This document shows, piece after piece, positions 60,801-64,000 of a DNA stretch of 64,000 nucleotides (position 1 is its first letter; every line of letters begins with the position of its first letter). The notes under the pieces were generated by a model. That model saw only the letters and a list, made by a program, of their open reading frames with translations. It ran no database searches and was not told the origin of the DNA. Origin of the DNA: Bacteroidales bacterium UBA2800. GTDB taxonomy: Bacteria > Bacteroidota > Bacteroidia > Bacteroidales > Paludibacteraceae. A program made the position numbers and the translations under genes. The DNA lies in the NCBI GenBank assembly GCA_002351925.1, contig DEHM01000019.1, positions 14,942 through 78,941 of the forward strand. Direction: 5' to 3'.

Positions 60801-63658
60801 TCAAGTCGCTCTCATTTACGGGTATAGTCGACGAGCTGGCTAACGACTCCGACCTCGCCTCCAAACCGCGTGTGTCCGGTGAAGGCATGGAGCGTGGTGC
60901 CTACGAGTGTCTGGCCGTCCTCCAGCGTGTGCTCTACGTCCGTCCGGAACTGCCTGCCTCCAGCGCTGGCGACGGCTCGTCCTGGGAGAACGCCTTCGGA
61001 CAAGGACAACTCCAGAACGCCATCGATGCCGCCGCGGTATATACCTATATGTACCAGAATCTGCCGCGGGAGGACAGAAAAGCCTATGTCTTCGTCAAAG
61101 GTACCGGTAGTTCCACCGAGCACTACGATATCGTGGCGCGTGATGGCGTCTATGTATATGGCTCCTTGCCCGGCTACTTCCTCGACGAGGCTTGGAAGGA
61201 TGAGGATAAATTTACCAACGAGGAGTGCCACCGCTATGTCAACTACGTTCGTGCCACAACGCTGGGTGTAGCGGCTCCGAATGCACCGCAGACCAAGATC
61301 AACTCTATCCGCATCACCGGTGATGAATTCAAGACAGGCTTCCTGCTGGACGGATTTGTCATCACCAACCCCACCCGCGAGTTGACGATGTCGCCCGTGC
61401 TGATCGACAACGATAGTGCGGCTGTGCGCAACTGTCTCATCGTCGACAACCGCATCGCCGGTCCCGACCACCCGATAGCCAATGTGAAGCACGGCTTGCT
61501 CTACAACTGCCTCTTCTACAACGACTCCGCAGCGGTGATGGTCAAGGTGGGCGCCGACGGACTGGTGCTCAACAATACCATTGTGACGAATAGTTCGGAT
61601 GTGACTCCCATGGACGATACCGAGGCAACAGCCGGAGCCGTGCAGAACAACATCAGCGGACGACTGTCGTCGCTCACCTGCTTCGCGCCATACATGACAG
61701 CCAACAACCCCTACACGCTGCCCGCATACCTGACCAACCACGAGCCGCTCGCCTTCCAACTCCATGAGCAGAGTATGATGCTCAATAGCGGAACAATGGA
61801 TACCGCACTGCCGTCCCTCTTCGACGACTATAAGGCGGATAATATCATCAACTTCAAGTGGGACCGCGATGTGCTCGGCAACCCGCGTAAGATCAGCTCG
61901 TCGGTCGACAAGGGTGCACTCGAGACTTGGTATGTGGCCAAGAACAAAGGCCAGGAGATAACGGCCATCACCAACCGTGTGCCTTATACCGAAACCGATG
62001 ACGTGGCGCGCGATACGGCTTACACCAAGAACTTCGGCGGACACTATTATCCGCACGCCGGTTCGGTAGTCTATCTCATGGATAGCAGTGCCATGTCGAT
62101 GCAGTATGCGACGGCCGATGACTTCAAGGACTTCCGCAATCAGGATATCGTCTTCAGTCCGGGATTCCTGCTGCTCAAACCCGCTGCGTCGTTCTACGGC
62201 AACGGCCATCTCGCCCAGATAGAATATATCGCGGCAGAGAAGCGCTTCAAGAACCAGCGCTATTCGATGACTGCCTTCCCGTTCGACTACTCGAAGGCCA
62301 ATATCACTATGTCGCATTACGATCCGGGAACAGGAGCTCTCAACTCTCAACTCTCAACCTTCAACTTTAATACCTACCGCTACAACGGTGCTGCGCGTTC
62401 GGCCAAGGACTATGTCTTCCAGACCGACAACTCCTCGCTCTGGCAGTCGGTAGCTACACCTAACCGCACCGCCACCGACGGCTACCTCATGGACTTTGGT
62501 TCCACTCTTACCGATACCGTCCTTCGCTTCAACGCCTTTGCTCCGGTGGACAACCAATATGTCTATACCGAGGGTGAAGATGAGGACTCCGACGGCTATC
62601 CCGACGACAAGTCGGTCTACCTCACCCAGTACGACAACCGCACCGCCGGTACCGGCTCCGAACTCAACTTCACCAGCATGGAGAACATGGGCTGGAACAT
62701 GAAGGGTCTGCCCTGGCTCGTGTCCAACTACCGCACCGATACCATCCTCTGGGCCGATAACTTCCTGCGCCAGATGTATATCCCCCATGTGATCTACCAG
62801 ATGGACGGCGCAGGCGAGTATATCACCGAGGGCGACAAGGTCTATACCTCGCGTTCGTGGGATCGCGGTTCTACCGTCTCCATGGGTAACGCGTTCTTCA
62901 CCCAGACGGCTACCAAGCAGGATCAGGAAGAGGTGATCTTCCATCTGCCCTACTATGCACGCAACGAGAAAGCCAGTCGTCCGCTCTTGCGGATGGTGGC
63001 ACGCCGACCCAATAGTGCGCCGACACGTCAGGGCGCAAGTGCCTCTACCGTGATGTCCGATATCCTTACCGTCATGCCCGATCCCGAGGCCGCTAAGACG
63101 GTGGTCTATGCGTACGGTCGTGATGGGGTCAAGTGGCAGTCCGACGCCGGCACCTCCCAACTCTATATGCTCGATTCGAAGCGACAGTCGCGTATCTCGC
63201 TCCTCGGTGCTGCGCCGACCGAAGTCGACATACCGCTCGGCGTATCTATACCTTCCGACGGGGCATTCTCCTTCTCGCTGCCCGAGAAAGAGGCCTTTGC
63301 CGGCTACGACTTCGTATGGCTCATCGACTACGAGCGCAACCGCTATACCAACCTCATGGACGAGGACTACGAGGTAGCCATCCCGCAGGGCGAGAACAAC
63401 CATCGTTTTGCCTTGCGTATCGGTGGCTTCCCCAAGACAGACGAGAAGGGACAACGCCAGTATATCGTCTTTGCCGACGATGGTCATCTGTACGTACGCG
63501 GACTTGTGCCCGGCGACCGTATCACCGTCTATTCCGCAGCTGGACATCTTATCTGCTCGGCCGTAGCCGGAGGTACCGAGTGGTCCACGCCGCTGGCATG
63601 GCAGGTGGGCTACGTAGTACGTGTCAACGAGAAAGCGTACAAAGTGATTTATCGATAA
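48809..63658 (+). CDS. Giant secreted surface protein (~4,950 aa): signal peptide, at least 7 tandem right-handed beta-helix (Pmp/choice-of-anchor-Q-like) modules, non-helix inserts and a T9SS C-terminal sorting domain
   Basis: The frame is uninterrupted from 48779 to 63658. In-frame TTG 48809 gives MKIRRYIVLLVMFVWACACAYAQ, a good signal peptide. TTG 48779 and ATG 48842 are alternative starts. There are more than 20 GG[GA][ILV][YF]-type turns. The module-opening motif resembles YV.P.G.G.DGSSW...LQ.AI. The last ~68 aa match the T9SS CTD pattern. Confidence 0.85.
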   Translation: MKIRRYIVLLVMFVWACACAYAQTNDTIRYVHPDGSYSNNGRSWATAKNRVQDAINDLHEYMLTYGKTSGSVYIAAGTYTPTESTESSGGSMLNTSFKIYAGIHVYGGFDPDAPESRPGLRIMANDKTCEENWSDPSGIGTTSGTEIASQWDLKHKTILTGNHSGAAVSFVFDSIRGRYTTTYPASSYHVVWFATNGKYDTSDDALKDHYKPLQYPASLDGCVISSGNASSRSTTIREHTAYGGGVYMVGNSSMRACIVERCNATLRGGGIYADGGGDIEFCYIHTCQSPGVGVVQGYGGGVCIDHEGSIGHSQISCCAARCGGGLMISHVSDEYPWTERVAAAVLGVNDTITSNYSPHTTACVINNNTANAEGGGIYLAEGGTVNHATVCGNNCSGLDVTYYGRRHGRTGGIYVRNCGMMFNSVFWGNRCDANNDIQFASVRQKTGAAAAGFEIFAYHTAFMNHDISDWTGVTKEAVYSLDHSNMPTQSSSANHPCFFHPTVDPNNWDSVNTTVGIYGAGVLMHMRPVDYPGPRIWHLTSYSGLDQKGVQWNEAVQGASPWLIHAHTDYGVVSNPYEPVSTLGALVRKPDQLRYELVIPQSKEYDRNPAPIPTLFVDPNRKGSYDENGNFDPQDHEGDSWDAPIKDLGEAISFFRQYLVADEDNRENHHYMIPALDEDGRPTGEPTRYDYVQILVKEGTLTTVGPGNYLDRNIRTAAVRIESHMRMYGGYPSTLTGTNTEGRNPREYKSIITANITGNTGDAGYRNNSAHVIAMVNAEHAIVDGFTLSDANTHNVYLSNSAKAGGGLLLNNASIPQAERIDMTGNQLRNSVINNCTSPKGAAVYVNGEWERWDGEICYAELMLVNCVVRNNTADYSLEEGDYVNDHGIITANGRAYVHVEHCTVVNNVGFPFKAESKDTETDEPIQCHHSEHGFQTPYHGYIRVDNSIIFCNSDRSVEDHSNLGEVANVLSVNPDGQDHVFGKYNMFDADIVLHKSDVHKPSGFFQEDYHVPIPGDFLPDGISSHFTDDIAAIPSDSAARDNKCFLTRTDMNAATYPTFVNPSRNVGHSTSGDKALYGGNVAYTPMTTNPVVNAAGRDEYTTYYDYDRSDVTKRDRGGAPDVGAIENTDLPEAGSVIYVTPEGAGKRDGSSWSNAIAGNTVYVLDSIAGPALATGDQIDAEPTCNRVLDSEGNPIHTTNEKYNGGWGRVWFTEKKTGATSTTTVTKTWTTEKNVYDNGTRAGEEESIQDNVYSESTNTISTSGSAQEGFVAGYDYDPRYPYGEISGASRTFWRANPYPGNASSYNINSFTAGCKANGWINNTRAERYVGGLQYAVEKASARNKANKDSVQVWVGAGQYTDYKGFIMRDSVSVYGGFPVRKYPAPGMAERQALMSDPDVVSIPKSKPAKDFDATDYETILQISDVNPKGTNTALNTDAVKYWDDDYSYSEATQTTQYEYKSRTIVHHYEYNEVEQVGEDVQDTYMQYANMTKSGGTNVVTTKSTSYSGDNSTVFVTFGTEGDLDCWHVSYPNKENFVVYVETNSNATGKTRDIYNPSNNQKIPAPNTYSGNWIFLGNGSMAGLNLWQEMRNMPAGQYRMSFDLGGEYKNKIFANDPLNIFVCVVDGNGEGISDTISLKSRTNNKDQNRNSAYRFTVDFNLPSAGNAVFKLFIGDGNKNTKANNPTYGTDTGVDPDEIPCLYVNKENKNVCPSKEADKWGSYNPNAREFWLSNIHIKPLIPAGTYGLISTDDNTVEKGDVPHEDPVISETKIYTPQTHRTTLRKRVLTMPDVCVPTFGGGGIGDPVTMAYAFTQDALPHTDRVKGPSKDKRTAATLAKQEDLHYVEYNDVNWDGFTIRHGFLYDESMAHGGGAGVNMYEGAHLRNCIVIDNLSACSRIKGGGIFCDGATSTIEGCFVLNNASKGGTQVSQQQVFAGGMFMYEGTCFNSLFANNYSYGSAGGLGFCVGRFFNNTIAYNTATLVEAGSSSISGGAISLATASNPNLFVANTIIFGNNGIAIRDRNTAVGNVNPFLYCYIQSAASQPYNATKQNVTNWTPSATGNYGIGNTFLNGVAPSAENTPFAADFDEEGNYVAGRAASLNDFRLRDDVPCVNKGTEEFAAEFYTALIHKGKTDSQIRNSFIYKSVEAAVLPDNDVAFAHRVQDCQIDMGAYEYNAAYNIMPDTTTHPGHAIFYTTYVAPGGDASARSPENAACMQKLQLVLDAAGRYKNRLMTEAQYDKGNTTDFVSQDPNKYWTVEVWLEGNNEGTTTTNEYKEGYVPTRSTRHSEATYQDNTLDYSFMVPHGVHVMGGFQDNFYHYEDAAGNRYTAPGKGRFIVDDRDPLTFRTVLSGNITSSTGAKGQTYHVVTFVNDLFSPDDEKIIGDGNQLATLTNERDRAVLDGLFLMDGKANAPDPEGQIGGACVVTDYAHVRNCVIQNNSADLYGGGLYLKPRALVSGTIVKYNTANVGGGIYVEAPAVSPKMNDSLAYVFYTTVCENTARASAGGLFFANTYARINSSAIWHNSANDNANVAGNFARSADSIPYPLNCCAVESRRLEGQGNIELSPREKEGVRWDRQDPFNAILYYPIEMSSTLARAGISYSEWDNFCATFATLDSIDIAGVSRKRWTSDGSERGFAWGSDTLVTKNNDVIDIGARAINKDFQVHVDTNHVMHRIYVVHTELIDSRAARALQDNPLDNDVANMYRQLGSCIYNPFHRLSDAFEYVIAARMAQPDKYRNTRFEIFVEQGTYYPFRDAYRRQGAVRMNTFLVPEAVLVVGGVDSRPADHKYGQEGFKSPFSTVHMIGDGSDVAIEGTTDPSTGEPYKIHFEYTDSIRLRDARHRPMRDNNLNSVIEPWELERQTILSGNAVAGEDFTHVYHVITCHADNRYVGPRPIKYGAINPTYGYPGHEDEQVLTEPLPDDVPERWVEENDLSILARTIGFDGLQITGGYANHIDSTDAKDVFVTKTYFRGGGIFVDGNWWEGAEDTPPDMTQPAQNNIPIVVENCFFTNNMAGNGGAIYSNGGIYAYGNRFTQNYSQGPITKLDQNYIPWTAGGCIATNAFCGVSNSLFDNNEARRGLYPLKAVSADPIPNADARQGFGGCLSIADKSTTRVVNCHFMKNKAVAYSAMYNFYPNNRYVGDADHPRSDSMQYAFNTIFWGNEVFEVDHLTDLEHGTEGWDAEDDALLTASSATFDTNYKASRAGVFHYDGEEWDKYEKLFHEYDSIYNYWTSSDRPLGQRTPFHPTALAKLAELRAQGNKIEGLYFCSYRKTYGPTGMKPTSEGYLLTPEEHAAWKDPRSRTVKTKTDANNDKVEDYTDMWTQVSGNNNTLINRINTATDGPNFRQPSFVAGIDGYMQNADWLQARMNLTTDQGWGFLKQTVERGISYYITRHTGTTQFDNAADALEAAQKAHPGATAADVFPVYGHPVASFRPAIEQTDTAMYNFLAWRYGRMMSESNAPLPLGDQYYMNYTQSSSDSETSGNMDRISKHPKMGETEVYIDLGIYEYQYVQLDIKGQEIDTVWVATKAKDPLHQDGLTWETPTTDLQAAIDLLMSSHNNHDKYVCFLGNEEGETFSPQNVIDNRRGYIITSSSHSPLLPDSAQTDYDYGVNSLNFLGGYSFDVKTAKRDPQSHPVVIEMPDVGNENQRNQLFIIEDMTRQMLQANFVGKYTSRDSVVIPIVFDGITFINPYSTKDPAPEGTLNNLGGSMSKKGGAAIYYRWQRRYEDDGTHTGTPNFRLALHPDSALIDGRKVTLPKLTISNCIFMDNGKRTTNHAERSPAVRIDHGGGSSLIVNTLFHSNAGAPVYARTYDILEQENDLAAVPNDVVMVNVTSALNDGHIRLESENSEVHNSLIWMDDLHNDTTIQLQMGASDQWDKTTNKNREGIDGRMSYNAVWGCFQVPAWGEENSTGDPVGFNHPLSSDNNDVYKGPGFLSPHVTATTSEQRRERSFRLNPSIRTHEKANREIYLSRVFFRVYPDTCAATHNKYWRRSNGFKSLSFTGIVDELANDSDLASKPRVSGEGMERGAYECLAVLQRVLYVRPELPASSAGDGSSWENAFGQGQLQNAIDAAAVYTYMYQNLPREDRKAYVFVKGTGSSTEHYDIVARDGVYVYGSLPGYFLDEAWKDEDKFTNEECHRYVNYVRATTLGVAAPNAPQTKINSIRITGDEFKTGFLLDGFVITNPTRELTMSPVLIDNDSAAVRNCLIVDNRIAGPDHPIANVKHGLLYNCLFYNDSAAVMVKVGADGLVLNNTIVTNSSDVTPMDDTEATAGAVQNNISGRLSSLTCFAPYMTANNPYTLPAYLTNHEPLAFQLHEQSMMLNSGTMDTALPSLFDDYKADNIINFKWDRDVLGNPRKISSSVDKGALETWYVAKNKGQEITAITNRVPYTETDDVARDTAYTKNFGGHYYPHAGSVVYLMDSSAMSMQYATADDFKDFRNQDIVFSPGFLLLKPAASFYGNGHLAQIEYIAAEKRFKNQRYSMTAFPFDYSKANITMSHYDPGTGALNSQLSTFNFNTYRYNGAARSAKDYVFQTDNSSLWQSVATPNRTATDGYLMDFGSTLTDTVLRFNAFAPVDNQYVYTEGEDEDSDGYPDDKSVYLTQYDNRTAGTGSELNFTSMENMGWNMKGLPWLVSNYRTDTILWADNFLRQMYIPHVIYQMDGAGEYITEGDKVYTSRSWDRGSTVSMGNAFFTQTATKQDQEEVIFHLPYYARNEKASRPLLRMVARRPNSAPTRQGASASTVMSDILTVMPDPEAAKTVVYAYGRDGVKWQSDAGTSQLYMLDSKRQSRISLLGAAPTEVDIPLGVSIPSDGAFSFSLPEKEAFAGYDFVWLIDYERNRYTNLMDEDYEVAIPQGENNHRFALRIGGFPKTDEKGQRQYIVFADDGHLYVRGLVPGDRITVYSAAGHLICSAVAGGTEWSTPLAWQVGYVVRVNEKAYKVIYR
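62337..62371. repeat. Heptad repeat CTCTCAA x3 perfect plus 2 degenerate, inside the giant ORF
   Basis: ctctcaa ctctcaa ctctcaa ccttcaa ctttaat. It encodes ALNSQLSTFNFN. Confidence 0.92.
63452..63655 (+). other. T9SS C-terminal sorting domain (CTD) coding segment of the giant ORF
   Basis: QRQYIVFADDGHLYVRGLVPGDRITVYSAAGHLICSAVAGGTEWSTPLAWQVGYVVRVNEKAYKVIYR fits the Por_Secre_tail pattern (..I.VY...G.L.........L..G.Y.V.V......K.I.). Confidence 0.75.
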
Positions 63659-63664
63659 GGATTC

Positions 63665-64000
63665 TTAGAACTTAGCACGGAGCAGGAGATGGATGTCCGT
63701 GCGAGAGAGTGGGCGGTCGTGATCGATCGCCCACCGGCGTGTATAGAGGGTCTCTGAGACGCGCAGATAGAGGGCGAGCTGAGGGATGACCTGCCAGTGC
63801 AGGCACAGATAGGCCCGTCCGCCGACGCCATAGACGGCGGGGATGGAGAAGGCGTAGAGGACGTCGTTCTCGTAGCAGTAGATGCGGTTGTCCCACTGCC
63901 GGGCATCGAAGAGCTGCAGGCGCAGCCGCAACGAGAGAGGGGCAGGACGGGCCAGCGGGAGGGAAGAAAAATCGAACATCAAGTCCTCGTACACGGTGAC
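63665..64000 (-). CDS. C-terminal part of an outer-membrane beta-barrel-type protein; 5' end lies outside the window
   Basis: The frame is open to the window edge. The protein ends ...IHLLLRAKF, an aromatic C-terminus typical of OM barrels. Convergent with the giant ORF across a 6-nt gap. Confidence 0.5.
   Translation of the reverse strand, partial: VTVYEDLMFDFSSLPLARPAPLSLRLRLQLFDARQWDNRIYCYENDVLYAFSIPAVYGVGGRAYLCLHWQVIPQLALYLRVSETLYTRRWAIDHDRPLSRTDIHLLLRAKF

Noticed and set aside
48809-63658. A vWA/MIDAS (DxSxS) domain, which would make the giant ORF a straightforward Mfa5 ortholog.
   Set aside because: I could not find a DxSxS...T...D pattern by eye in the translation. Only positional analogy to Mfa5 (last gene, T9SS CTD) is claimed. 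An HMM search is needed to be sure.
1-64000. Mobile elements, prophage, defence systems, tRNA/rRNA genes and riboswitches.
   Set aside because: No transposase, integrase, phage, restriction-modification, toxin-antitoxin or Cas-like ORFs were recognised. Apart from 41599-42161, the non-coding gaps are too short (under 200 nt) for structured RNA genes, and none showed tRNA-like or known riboswitch motifs by eye.

Overview
High-GC (roughly 55-60% by hand counts) chromosomal segment of a Bacteroidales-type genome. The signatures are the Bacteroidetes promoter TTG-N20-TAnnTTTG, type V pilins and a T9SS C-terminal sorting domain. A Prevotellaceae-like genus is only my guess and needs a database search. 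nt 1-40,400 is a dense housekeeping block: korAB, rsgA, frr, pyrH, tpiA, trmN6, rny, zapA, prmA, folC, dnaE, an AmgK/MurU-like pair, class I fumarase, dxr, rseP, rlmN, yidC, deoD, kdsB, mfd and others. nt 40,400-63,660 is an accessory block. It holds two divergent paralogous membrane-embedded AraC regulators, then a lower-GC Mfa-type (type V) pilus operon. That operon has a DUF3575/OmpA-like gene, an Mfa1-like major pilin, an Mfa2-like anchor and a third pilin-fold lipoprotein. It ends in one uninterrupted 14.85-kb ORF (about 4,950 aa) with a signal peptide, at least 7 tandem beta-helix modules and a T9SS C-terminal domain. This pilus plus giant T9SS cargo locus is my best candidate for an undescribed system. 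The second pervasive signal is more than 25 loci of short degenerate tandem word repeats (period 7-9 nt, plus 11- and 16-nt families). They fill intergenic gaps exactly and are also inserted in frame into loops of conserved genes (trmN6, prmA, mfd, the kinase-RapZ linker, the giant ORF). Several words recur at distant loci. I saw no rRNA, tRNA, CRISPR, transposase, integrase or phage genes. Long antisense ORFs in the track are GC-driven shadows.
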